A DNA stretch of 64,000 bases from Candidatus Binatia bacterium (GTDB lineage Bacteria; Desulfobacterota; Binatia; Bin18). Below, one piece after another: positions 31,081 to 41,900 of the stretch; position 1 is the stretch's first letter; each line of letters begins with the position of its first letter. The notes beneath the pieces are model-generated. The model ran no database searches. It was not told where the DNA came from and worked only from the letters and a program-made list of their open reading frames with translations. Location of the stretch: NCBI GenBank assembly GCA_963666315.2, contig CAXXHG010000038.1, forward strand, positions 64,001 to 128,000, given 5' to 3'. Position numbers and translations under genes: made by a program.

Positions 31081-34000
31081 TTACTCCTTCTCAAACCCGT
31101 GACTGGTGAACTTGAGTGTCCGGCTGTTTTCCGTCACCGTCCGCACGACATGTTCCGGCGCCCCATCAGGAATATCCGCTTCAATCTCTAGAGTGATTCG
31201 TACTGATGCCCCAACGAGACCGGCAAGGTGAGTAATTACCTCGTCAGCGATCCGGCTTGCGTCACGTCCAGCACGCTCAGGATCAAGCGTTATGGTACCG
31301 TGATAGCGTTTGGGTTGAGTTGGGGGTTGCGGGTCCGACGTTCCGTTCTCTGTGTCGCCATTATCCTCACCTGGGCCTCCCCCTATGGGAGGTTCTGCCT
31401 CTTGCGATTCTTCATCCATCTGCTGACGGGCAACATCGGACTGTACAATAAATCCGCTATCACTGTTCGTTATGGCTATATTCTGCCCGGCATGTAAGCC
31501 ACGATAACGCGACGCGGACTCGTCATACGTCTCCGCATAGGCGAAGGAGTCCTGTCGCCAGGTTAATAGGCCCACACCAGTACCCATTGCATCTAACAAT
31601 ACCGTTGAGTCTTGAACCCGTGGTAAATAAAGATACCGTCCAAAATCGTCAACCACTTGGCCGACTGCAACGTGGTCACCGCGCCACAGTGGGACCCGAT
31701 CCAGCTCCATTCGGAGGCGAACCCCGCCCAGACTGGTAATGAGCAACTCGTCTCGCTCCAATTTCTTAGCGGCTCGGACCGCAAGGGCGTCCTGACCGGA
31801 GAGTCGGATAGCTTGCCATTCTACCGCTGCTTGAGGCGTATCTTGAATGGGGACAAGTAACCATTGGTAGACCTCGGGCAGTCTCGCCGTCACTGCCCCA
31901 TCGGCTGCGCTCTTCTGCGTTTCCGCCTGCTTGACCTGATTGGGGGATAAGTCCAGGAGCTCCTTCTCACCCAGGATGGATTCCCAGGCGAGATATTTCC
32001 GCGCTGCCTCGTCCAAATCCTGTAGCCGCGTCTGATCCGCCGCGAGAAATACGAGCGTGTTGCGATACAGTCGTGGGATATTTCCTCGCGTTTCGAGAAT
32101 CGCCTGCGCGGCCTTCTGTGCCGCGTTACCCGAGTCCTTGCTGTAGACGTTCTGGGTGCCAAGGACGACCAACCGAGCATCAAGATCATCAGGCACGTCC
32201 GCGCTGGAACCGGGTAGGGGGTGTACGCGGCTAAAAGTGCCCGTCTTGCTCAAATCCGCCCGCAGCCGGCCATCAATTTCCTGGGTGACCTTGTCGAGGT
32301 CGCGTGTCAGTTGTGCGGCCCGGTCTTCAGCGAGTTTGGTGACGGTGGGCTGCGTGGAATACCAATAGCGTGGCCCGTCCTGATACAGGTATGTCGCGGA
32401 CGCCGCCAGTCGTCGGAGCGCATCCCCGAAGACGGCTGGCGACTCACCGGGCATCACGCACCCCAGCTTGACACGCCGATCTTCTAAGCCCCGGTTGGCC
32501 GCAGCCGTCGTTGGCGCAGAGCCAAGATAAATCGTTCGCGCCACCCGCCGCGTCGCGTGGTACTTCCCAAGGTTCGGCTGCTCTTCATCAAGCCGCAACG
32601 GTAATGAATTGGGTCCAGCAATGTCTTTCTCAATAATCGGTACCCAGTTATCCGACAGGTAGCGAGTGAGTTCAAATTGAACGCGCTGGTTGTCAATGAG
32701 GATATGACCCGGTTGGATCAGGGCGTTGCGGTCGCCCTGTTCCCAGAGGCTATGGATGACGGCCGCCATGAGCCGCAACACCCCGCGAGTGCGCTGGAAT
32801 TTCACGAGCGAAGACCAGTCGTTGTAGAGCCGGTCAAAGACTTCCGGGTGAATGGGGTAGGCCGCACGGATCCGTTTCTCATAGTCCGCTTCCCGACATT
32901 CCGGCGGAAACTCCTGATGCTGAGCGCGGTAAAACTCGGCATACGCACGGGCGACCACGTCCCGCTCGGTAAACTGTACAGGATCAATCAATGGCTCAAA
33001 CAGCCGGCGGCGGACAATCTCAAATCCTTCTTCTGCGCTTGCGGGGCGCCAAGACGACTCGACACGAGCGATGACGTTCTGTAACCGGTCCAGAGCCTCA
33101 CGGCCGCGCTGACCGCCGACTTCCACATCTTCGGCGTGGGTATGCGGCGATCCTGGCGAATCAGACGCCGGCAAACTGATGACTAGGAGACAGTTTTTAG
33201 CGGCTTTGGCGGCTTCTGTAAGGGCCTGGGCAAAGGTGAACTGCGTCTCAAAACTGCCTGCCGGGAGGTCACTCTGGTCATGCAGTTGACGGGCATAGGC
33301 CACCCACTCGTCGATAAGGATGAGGCAGGGGCCATACGTATTGAAGAGTTCTCGGATGACATCGCCTGGGCTGGTGGCTTTCTCGTCGTCGGCGCGGACC
33401 CGTTTCAACGCTTTTTTGCCACCAAGTTGCCACGCCATTTCTCCCCAGAGGGTCCGGACAACACTGCCATCCGGCTTGGTGACGGGGTTGCCTGGCGAAA
33501 TCTTATTCCCAACAAGGACCACTCGATTGATAGATGGGATGTTGTTGACCCCGGCCTCTTGCATCACCACGTCGATACCGGCTAATTCGCTCAGGGGCGT
33601 ACCGGAGAAGAGATGGTAGAGCGCAAGCATAGAATGGGTTTTCCCGCCACCGAAATTGGTCTGGAGATCGACCACCGGATCACCGCCTTGACCGACAACC
33701 CGTTGGAGAGATCCGACTAACAGTCGTTTCAGGCTTTCCGTGAGGTACGTGCGCCGGAAAAACTCGGTCGGGTCGCGGTACTCGTCCGTGCCCTCGCCGA
33801 TATGCACTTGCCACAGATCTGCGGCAAATTCCGCCTGCTGATAGCGTCCACTCGCCACGTCCTGATGCGGGGTTACGACTTCCCGCCACGGTTTGAGGGT
33901 CCCGGTTACTGCAGTTTCCACCGCTATCTTCGTGGTCTTCCGTTTTTCATAGCGGACCTGCTCGTCGTAGCGGATCCGAAGCAATTCCATTTTGGTTTTT

Positions 34001-34389
34001 TCAATCTCATCCGATTGCGGCGCGGAGACGGCGGCTAGGAGACGCCCTGCAGAGTCAAGCATCCGGTACGTATCGTCACTGGAGAATGTCTGCTGGTGTG
34101 CCCATTCGTTGCGCTGGCCTCGCAGTTCGCTTACCAGTGTACGCTCGGACTGGCCCAACGTATTACGGAAAACGTCATTCCAGGCGTTCCACATGAGTCG
34201 GAGTAGGGCGGCGGCATCCCATTCGGTTACGGGTTTGTCACCGACTAGACGATCGTCGCCAAGATACATTAACGCTTGAGGCTGTGCCTTGGCCTCGTAG
34301 GTATGGGTAAACTCTCGTTCGATAAATGGTCCGAGGCCGTCTTTGAGCAAATCCAATGCCTTCCCGACACGTTCATGATTGGTAGCCAT
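31081..34389 (-). CDS. Swt1-HEPN + DUF499 AAA+ ATPase
   Basis: RNEWAH HEPN motif; PWREVVTPH, QTNFGGGKTH, ILIDEW, YPIHPE, FQRTRGVLR. Confidence 0.92.
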   Translation of the reverse strand: MATNHERVGKALDLLKDGLGPFIEREFTHTYEAKAQPQALMYLGDDRLVGDKPVTEWDAAALLRLMWNAWNDVFRNTLGQSERTLVSELRGQRNEWAHQQTFSSDDTYRMLDSAGRLLAAVSAPQSDEIEKTKMELLRIRYDEQVRYEKRKTTKIAVETAVTGTLKPWREVVTPHQDVASGRYQQAEFAADLWQVHIGEGTDEYRDPTEFFRRTYLTESLKRLLVGSLQRVVGQGGDPVVDLQTNFGGGKTHSMLALYHLFSGTPLSELAGIDVVMQEAGVNNIPSINRVVLVGNKISPGNPVTKPDGSVVRTLWGEMAWQLGGKKALKRVRADDEKATSPGDVIRELFNTYGPCLILIDEWVAYARQLHDQSDLPAGSFETQFTFAQALTEAAKAAKNCLLVISLPASDSPGSPHTHAEDVEVGGQRGREALDRLQNVIARVESSWRPASAEEGFEIVRRRLFEPLIDPVQFTERDVVARAYAEFYRAQHQEFPPECREADYEKRIRAAYPIHPEVFDRLYNDWSSLVKFQRTRGVLRLMAAVIHSLWEQGDRNALIQPGHILIDNQRVQFELTRYLSDNWVPIIEKDIAGPNSLPLRLDEEQPNLGKYHATRRVARTIYLGSAPTTAAANRGLEDRRVKLGCVMPGESPAVFGDALRRLAASATYLYQDGPRYWYSTQPTVTKLAEDRAAQLTRDLDKVTQEIDGRLRADLSKTGTFSRVHPLPGSSADVPDDLDARLVVLGTQNVYSKDSGNAAQKAAQAILETRGNIPRLYRNTLVFLAADQTRLQDLDEAARKYLAWESILGEKELLDLSPNQVKQAETQKSAADGAVTARLPEVYQWLLVPIQDTPQAAVEWQAIRLSGQDALAVRAAKKLERDELLITSLGGVRLRMELDRVPLWRGDHVAVGQVVDDFGRYLYLPRVQDSTVLLDAMGTGVGLLTWRQDSFAYAETYDESASRYRGLHAGQNIAITNSDSGFIVQSDVARQQMDEESQEAEPPIGGGPGEDNGDTENGTSDPQPPTQPKRYHGTITLDPERAGRDASRIADEVITHLAGLVGASVRITLEIEADIPDGAPEHVVRTVTENSRTLKFTSHGFEKE

Positions 34390-34392
34390 CGG

Positions 34393-37272
34393 TTACTCCT
34401 GTTCAAAGAGCGCGTCTTGCTCAGTGATCGCGGTTTGCCTACCGCCAGCTTGACGAGCAAGCTTGATAATCTCAGGCCAGCTCTGGACGAGGCTGTTATA
34501 GGCCAAAGCTTCCTGCGCCCATTTTTTTCGTTCACAGACGGTGTAAAGCCGATAGGCTAGTTCACGGGCGGTCTCCGCCTTGGATCCGAGCTTCCTTACT
34601 AACTCCCCGGCGGCAATTTCCCCCTCTTCCAGTACACGTACTAAGTGATGCACTGTCTCCCAAACTGTGAGCCTGGAATCGGCGGTTGGGTCCCAATCGT
34701 CGGGAAGTTCATCCGGTTTGAGCAAACGTACCTTTCCTGCTTTAGACGCCGCGATGCCTGCTTCCACCATGCCGTCTACACTAATGTTCTTGGCTTTGGA
34801 GAGCGTCTCAGCTACCCCGTACTCGCCCTCAGCGAATCCACAATGCTCAAACCATGATAATGCCCAGCGACTGTCAGCGTCCAAATCGCCTTCCTGTTCG
34901 GCAAGGACCTCGTCAAGCGTCTGGTTTATGAGCACCAGTGCATCATGCACCCGCATCTCGTTCCCCTCAGCATCAAGAACCTTGGCATAGCGGGTGAAGA
35001 CAGCCATGCCAGGGCCGATGGCTGACTGTTGTAGGTCCACTGGAGCGATATTGCCACGCTGCAAATACGCCAAGGCTTTAGGTAGCTCACGCTTAAGCGC
35101 GTTCAAGAAATCCCGGCGTGTAGCGGCCGGGGAATCTTGCGGGCGAGGACGGCAGACTAAAATGATACTCGATGCCAACGCGTTGGTATTCTTCTTCAGA
35201 GCTTCTGTGCGTTCCGTTCGCATTGGCCACGTCCCGCTGATGGAAAACCCGGCATGGATTACGGCGTCGAGAAACGTCTCCCAACCGGTGCTCGCAGTGT
35301 CCGAGTCATCTTTGCTCTCAGATTGTCTAAACGCATAGTAGATTGTGACCGGGAAATCTGGGTGAGCCTGCTCTGCCAGTCGTTTCATCACTTGGGTCAT
35401 GCCGTCGAGAAAGAAGGTCTCGGCTTTCTCCTTGTCGCCGTGGCGGTAAGGAGTGGCGACGAGTTCCTCTGCTTTAGGAACTGCCATCGTTGTCAGTAGA
35501 TCAGGATAAATGGACTTGAGAGATCGTCGTAGCCAAACATAAAAGAAATCAGATAAATCCGCGTAGCAAATATTGTCATAGTAAGGTGGGTCGGTTGACA
35601 CTACTTTGTTAGCACTAATTGACTGAAGTCTGGCATCTAGCTGGGAAGAATGCCCGTCGGGTGTAGAAGGAAGACTAACCGAAAGTTTGTATATTGTCTC
35701 AATCGTAGAACTGAAGGATGCACCATTTCCAAACGGGTTTGACTCAGCATAATCCCAAACCATTGGAATGGCGTGCCTAGAGAAAAGATTCTTAATATTT
35801 TGATTTGTAGTGTTCCAAGCGGAGAGCGTGCAAAATAAGTCAGTCCATCGGGAGAGCGCCAAACTCAAATATACCCTCACCGCCTCGGCATATGCGGTCG
35901 CGCCCATGCCATTCTCTCGCAGAGGCTTGCCGTCATCGGACATGCCTGACTCAAGGGCGTCGCGTAGTATCAACTGGTGAACATCTCTTATTAGATCGGA
36001 AAAGGTTGTGAGTGATACGAGTTGACGAGGCGTAAAAAGATCGCTGTATTTTGTTAATCCGTATAATTGCGGTCGGATATCTCGGGGATTGTGATTTATA
36101 TTTAGTTCGGGGACCCATGTCGGCGAAGCACCCAGGGCAGTCTCTTCAGACTCCAAGTTCGGTTCTATATACACGCGTCCAGATTTCCCCTCAGCAACAA
36201 TCGCAATCAATCGAGCGCCTAGACGTCCGGCCTTCCCTTGCTCTCTTATGTAGTCAACTGAAATAGGAGTGCCAGTCAGTAGGCATCTAAAGTGCCCGCC
36301 CCTACCTACCTTGGTACCGTTCGCAATTGTCTGATTATCCTTAGGTTTGCCGATTTTGACAGTGAATCGGTATTTTTCTCCATCGATCAGTGGCTCTACA
36401 TAGGCTTCTTTGCTTTTTTTGGTGGATAGCATAAACGTAGAAGCCAGAGGCACGTGTGCATTGGCGAAGGCTGGGTTAGGACTCTTGACCGTTCGCGCCC
36501 ATAGCCAGGTGTTAACAATAAGTTTTTGACCTACTAAGGGCTTTAGGTCCGGACGAGACGTGGACATTTTGGTAGTAATCTCAATCTTCGAATAAAGGTG
36601 CCCTATACGTTTTTCTGCTTCGTCTCGTACCCACTTCGCATAGTAGCGTACGTCTTCTGCCAGTCGTCGTGCGCCTTGCGGAACATCAGCAAATACATTC
36701 CCCATCGAAGGTGCCTCTGGATTTACTGATGACTGCCCAGCGAACTTAGGCGGAATCTCGATCATTGCTTTATTAATCAGCACCGCTACTGGGTTAAGAT
36801 CGCTGGCATATGCCTCAAGCCCGAGGCGTTGCGCCTCTAGTGGAAATGCGCCACCGCCAGCGAACGGATCATGAAATGCTGGCAGCTTGTCCGGATTAAA
36901 GAGTTCTGCCGCTTGTGGATGATTCTTATTCTCGGCGCACGTAGTACGCCAACTCTTCCAAATCTCATCTTGTGCTTGGGATAGCACCATTTTATTTGTG
37001 GTATTCTCCCATTTCACCAGTTCTTCGATCAGGCGAAAGAGGCGCTGCCGTTCTTGCTCTTGAGATTCCTCAGTCGGGAACTGGTTCGGATGAGCTGACG
37101 GATCGTCTACCATTTGGCCGAAAATCACAGCCCGGGCTGCCGCAAGTCGCCGACGTGCCCACCAGACGTGCAACGAGCGAGGGTGGCGCGGCGTGAAAGG
37201 ACTAGCCTCTTTCACGCAGGCCTTGTTAATGGCCACTAATGGCATGGCAACCTCAATGAGTTTTTTCTTCAT
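34393..37272 (-). CDS. DUF1156 adenine-specific DNA methyltransferase
   Basis: LHVWWARR, DPFAGGG, TDPPYYDN motifs. Confidence 0.92.
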   Translation of the reverse strand: MKKKLIEVAMPLVAINKACVKEASPFTPRHPRSLHVWWARRRLAAARAVIFGQMVDDPSAHPNQFPTEESQEQERQRLFRLIEELVKWENTTNKMVLSQAQDEIWKSWRTTCAENKNHPQAAELFNPDKLPAFHDPFAGGGAFPLEAQRLGLEAYASDLNPVAVLINKAMIEIPPKFAGQSSVNPEAPSMGNVFADVPQGARRLAEDVRYYAKWVRDEAEKRIGHLYSKIEITTKMSTSRPDLKPLVGQKLIVNTWLWARTVKSPNPAFANAHVPLASTFMLSTKKSKEAYVEPLIDGEKYRFTVKIGKPKDNQTIANGTKVGRGGHFRCLLTGTPISVDYIREQGKAGRLGARLIAIVAEGKSGRVYIEPNLESEETALGASPTWVPELNINHNPRDIRPQLYGLTKYSDLFTPRQLVSLTTFSDLIRDVHQLILRDALESGMSDDGKPLRENGMGATAYAEAVRVYLSLALSRWTDLFCTLSAWNTTNQNIKNLFSRHAIPMVWDYAESNPFGNGASFSSTIETIYKLSVSLPSTPDGHSSQLDARLQSISANKVVSTDPPYYDNICYADLSDFFYVWLRRSLKSIYPDLLTTMAVPKAEELVATPYRHGDKEKAETFFLDGMTQVMKRLAEQAHPDFPVTIYYAFRQSESKDDSDTASTGWETFLDAVIHAGFSISGTWPMRTERTEALKKNTNALASSIILVCRPRPQDSPAATRRDFLNALKRELPKALAYLQRGNIAPVDLQQSAIGPGMAVFTRYAKVLDAEGNEMRVHDALVLINQTLDEVLAEQEGDLDADSRWALSWFEHCGFAEGEYGVAETLSKAKNISVDGMVEAGIAASKAGKVRLLKPDELPDDWDPTADSRLTVWETVHHLVRVLEEGEIAAGELVRKLGSKAETARELAYRLYTVCERKKWAQEALAYNSLVQSWPEIIKLARQAGGRQTAITEQDALFEQE

Positions 37273-38942
37273 TGTTTCAAGCCCTCAAGTTTTTCAGCAA
37301 GCGTTTTCGGGTCGGAGCCTTTTATTACTTCCCAAATCAATTTACACCGGTCTTTCGATTCAATTGGGGATGTCTCGATTCGGGCGATAAGTTCAAGTTC
37401 CGATCTGGAACGTTCCCGGATTCCTAGTAGTCCTTGGTCGCGGAGTAGCGCATCGTCCGCCACATTCATCGCTTCCACTAGTTCATCTTCCGATACTCGG
37501 AAGCCTTGAAAAAACCGTGAATTAGTGAGGCTCTGACGCGGGAACGCTGCAATATCTGAGAGCAGGGCGTAAGCCTGCCCCCACGGGTTTGCCCATGTGT
37601 TTGATTGAGTGCTGAATTGGATGGGTGAGTAGGTCAGTGCTGGCATGAAGTTGGCAGTCTGTGCCTTGATGAGACGTTCTTTGAGACTTTTTTCAACCTT
37701 CTCTATCGCTTCCTGTGGCACTGGCCCCTGCCGTCCCAGTTCTCGGGACATTGCGTTAAGGTCTGTGACGAGAGCGTCTCTCTTCCCTTTTATGAAAGCA
37801 TCAACATCGCCTTTTAATAAATCAGTAATCAGATTTTGCCCTTCCCGGTTAATCCTCTCTACCTCACTCTCAAACAGGGCTCTAGCGGGATGCGGCATCC
37901 ATCGGATGTTGTCCGCAAGCTTAAAGCTGAACTTATTCAGCAGCGTGCGCGGCGCCTTCCGCCTATTCTCAATCTCGCGGAGTGTCTTATCGTCAATGAT
38001 GGAGACTCTCATCTCTACTTTGCGCTTAACGCTGCCGCGTTGGAGTTCCGCCACTTCCCCGAATATTGCCGGGTCCACGGATGTATCGAGCGGGCGGATG
38101 CGACTCAGCTTGTCTATCGTGACGAGTGAGCCTTTAGGATAGAGACGGGCAACAAAATCGGCGAGGGGGTCAAACTGTGGGAGCCCAATTTCCTCTCCAG
38201 GCGAAGCAATAGGTATATTGTCTTCAGATATGAGGATGACCTCGCCGGTCTCTAGATTAATCTGTGCGGTTTCGATGGGCGCATCATGACGCCAGGCGTC
38301 AGAGAACGTCTCCCATCGTTGTTGAGCTTCCACCGAGCCTTTTGGCAGGACAAGTTCAGGGATATCAGGGAGGCCTTCTGCTCGAATGTCCTGGGACTCA
38401 ACCCACAGCCACGTAAAATGCCGCTGGAAAGACTCAACTAATGCCGGATCAGCATGAAAGACAAAATTGATCTTCCCGGTTGGACTAGGGTCAAATCCGA
38501 AATTTTCGCTGGATCCTGTCACAATGTCCGTGGCGCCTAGAGCACTATCGTGGAAGCAAAGCGCGTTGGTTGGTCGATCGGTGACCTGGTTGTACGGTCG
38601 AATACGGATCTGGAGTCTGTCGTGACAACGACGTACGAGCTCCTTCACTCTCTCAATGTCGGTTTGTTTAGTGGAGCAGGTCGGGTAGACAGCCACAATC
38701 AGTGTCGCCTGGAGCTCTGCATTGTCCGTCAGCCACCTCTCAAGGCAATCTATGCCCAGCGAGCTGAGCGAGGCCACGATACCTAATAAAGATTCTGCCT
38801 GCTGAACTACGCCCTCGAAAGCAACTTCCGATTCATACGATCGGATATCAGCCAAAACTATTGGTTCAGGCCAGATAAACGGAATCTCCGGCTTTATCGA
38901 GTCAGGCACGTATTTCCCCCTTGCTCTGAGAGCAAATGCCAC
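37269..38942 (-). CDS. Hypothetical protein with degenerate PLD-like N-terminal domain
   Basis: 557 aa; ATGA-coupled to the methylase; IVTGSSENFG...INF...FQRHFTWLW pattern without HxK; start is GTG at 38942. Confidence 0.65.
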   Translation of the reverse strand: MAFALRARGKYVPDSIKPEIPFIWPEPIVLADIRSYESEVAFEGVVQQAESLLGIVASLSSLGIDCLERWLTDNAELQATLIVAVYPTCSTKQTDIERVKELVRRCHDRLQIRIRPYNQVTDRPTNALCFHDSALGATDIVTGSSENFGFDPSPTGKINFVFHADPALVESFQRHFTWLWVESQDIRAEGLPDIPELVLPKGSVEAQQRWETFSDAWRHDAPIETAQINLETGEVILISEDNIPIASPGEEIGLPQFDPLADFVARLYPKGSLVTIDKLSRIRPLDTSVDPAIFGEVAELQRGSVKRKVEMRVSIIDDKTLREIENRRKAPRTLLNKFSFKLADNIRWMPHPARALFESEVERINREGQNLITDLLKGDVDAFIKGKRDALVTDLNAMSRELGRQGPVPQEAIEKVEKSLKERLIKAQTANFMPALTYSPIQFSTQSNTWANPWGQAYALLSDIAAFPRQSLTNSRFFQGFRVSEDELVEAMNVADDALLRDQGLLGIRERSRSELELIARIETSPIESKDRCKLIWEVIKGSDPKTLAEKLEGLKQ

Positions 38943-38990
38943 AACCGCACATTACAGACGCTATTGGTTTGGTTTACGGTTGTCTTTCAC

Positions 38991-41900
38991 TCATGATGGC
39001 TGCTCCGCTCGGTCCAGTAACGTGGCAAAGCGATAATTTACACTTGTCGCCCCGAAATCCGGCTCCCGCTGGAACGGGTGGCGCACGTAATGGACGCGAT
39101 GTTCGTCCCCTGGCAGAAACTCCACAATGGCCAGGATGAAATGGTCCGGTTTGTTGAGCGAGTAGAGAATCTCGTTCTTGGTGACGGTAATCGTCGCCGC
39201 GCTTGAATCCCGCCCCTTTACTTCCAGAAATCGTAACCGTCCCGTAGTAGGATCCCGACTTTCAATGTCATAGCCAAGTTTTTCGTACTCGCGGTCAACT
39301 GGCTCAAACCCGAGTTGACGTTCCGTATCCATAATAATCGCACGGGCACGAGCACCTGAGGCTTGCGTATTTGTCGGGTGGGCTGGGGTCCTCTGACCGG
39401 TCATGTGTGCAACGAGGCCGATTGGCACTACGGCCATCCCACCGAGAACTACGGGGGGCAGTGCCGAAATCTGCCCTTCCAGGTCTAATTGTTCCATACG
39501 TTTCTGTAGCCGAGCCTGGAGATCGTCGGCGCGTCGGCTGGATTCCTGCGAGTTCAACCGCGCATTAGTCTTCCCGGCTTGCTCTTGTAGTCTGAGGTCT
39601 GCGGCGCGGTGATCCCAGTAGCCGATTTCCTTGGTGAGCCGGTCTTTGACCGACACTCGCGTTTTTTTGATCCAACCCGTGCGCCGCTCCCGCACCTCTT
39701 GCAGATGCTCCGGGACGACGTGCGCAATAGCGTGTACCGTGGCCTTTTGTTCCAGGTCACGGGCGATCCAGGCGCACTCCGGACGCGATAGCAGTTCGTC
39801 AACACTGGGTTCATCACGTTGAAGCGGACGATAGTCGAGGTAGGGGGCATAATGTAAGTGGTGGGCCTCCCCATCTTGATCGATTTCTACATACAGCAGC
39901 TGCCTGGAAATCGTGCGCCGTTCCCCACTCTGGGTACTGCTCGCATCCTGAATCGCGTGTTCCAGATAAAACAGGACACGCGGAGCCATACCCGGATCAC
40001 GCTCATCGACCAGCACCGTGCCACGTCGTAACAGATCGCGGTGGCGCTCGAGCGTCAAGTCTAATGTCGCATCAAGCAGTGGGTGGCCAGGACAGACAAA
40101 GGCGGCGAGTGGCTGCCCTTGGGGTGAAAGAAGCGTTTTCTCGAACGCAATACGTTCATACCGTTGCAGCACCGGTTCTCCCACGCCGATGAGCCGATCA
40201 CGATTGCGGATGGGCGCTGGGACATGGGAGACTTGGTACCGCCGCGGTTCTCGCTCGCGCAGTGTGCCGCCTAACTGTTTAAAGGCTTCCAGAAAAAACG
40301 ACTCGATATAGTGCGGCTGTAGACGACGCGCTTCGGCCCGTTCCATATCTTCCCGCACTCGCGCCACCCGACTGGCGTCCATAGCGTCATGGGCCAGGGC
40401 ACGCTCTTCGAGGAGATCCTGGAGTTGTTTGCGATCGACCGCATCCGTAATGACCTGCGTGAGCCTTGCCTTCACCTCCGGTTGCTCACCGTAGCGGATG
40501 GCCTCAATGAGCAGCTCCCGCAGTGGGCGCCCATCAAACTGCAGCTTGCCGAGCACGTCAAAGACCTGGCCCCCCAGGGATTCACGGGCCTGGTCCAGTT
40601 TCTCAAGTAGCGTCCGGTAGACGTCGCCTTCCCTGGTCTCTTGCGCCACAAGATTCCAGAGGTGGCAGACCTCTTTCTGGCCAATCCGGTGAATCCGCCC
40701 AAACCGCTGTTCCAACCGGTTGGGGTTCCAGGGGAGATCGTAGTTCACCATCAAATGCGCCCGCTGCAGATTGATACCTTCACCCGCCGCATCCGTGGCA
40801 ATCAAGACCTGCACTTCGGGGTCATGCCGAAAGGACTCCTGCGCTTTCAGCCGCTCCTCACGACCCCTCCCGCCATGAATGATCACCACGGCGTCCTCGC
40901 GTCCTAAGGCTGTTCTGACCCGATCGGTGAGATAGCTCAGCGTATCGCGGTGTTCCGTAAAGATGACCAACTTCTGGTGGGGTGAGGGTGCCAACCGGTC
41001 GGCAGTGTCAGAGGACACCGTCTGTCGGTTAACATGCTGCGCGAGCGCAGCCGGTGTGAAGATGGCGCTGAGAAGGCCAGCCAGTTCACGCCATTTCCGA
41101 TCCTCGCCACTGCGGCGTACGGTGGCCGCGAGCGATTCCAGCCGGCCGAGGATGGCGATCTCTGCTTTCAACTCGTCAATTGTACGGGCCGCAGTCGCTT
41201 GGTCGAGAATCTCTTCTTCTACCGTGTGGACTTCATCGTCTGGGGCCTCATCGAGGTCCTCAACGTCTTCCAGATCAAGCGTCGGCACACCGATAGCCTC
41301 AATCGTGGCGCCTCGCTGCAACAGCTGTAACTCGCGTTGGCGCTTCTCCAGCCGCTCGCGGCGACGGCGTAACGACTGGTAAATCGCCTCAGGCGACGAT
41401 GCCAACCGACGCTGCAAGATAGTGAGGGCAAATCCTACCGTCCCGGCGCGTTTGTCATTCTGGAGCGCCTCTGCACGATTAAACTCTTCACGCACATACT
41501 CGGTGACCTGTTTATAGAGCTGGGCTTCTCCATCTGAGAGGCGGTAGAGGACCGTATGGGCGAGCCGCTCCGGGAAGAGGGGGGTGCCGTCAAAGGTGAG
41601 CAGGCTTTCCTTGACCATCCGGCGCATGAGGTCAGAGACGTCCACTTGGTGGACTCCATCGCGGAAGCGTCCCTCAAAGCGGTCGCCGTCCAGTAGGGAC
41701 AGGAAGAGCTGAAAATCTTCCTCTTTGCCGTTATGCGGCGTAGCGGTCATGAGCAGAAAGTTCCGCGTCAGGGTGCCGAGTAACTGGCCGAGTTTGTGGC
41801 GTTTGGTGTATTTGATCTCGCCGCCAAAAAAGGTTGCCGACAGTTTGTGCGCCTCGTCACAGACCACCAGATCCCACCGACAATCCGGTGCTTGCAACTT

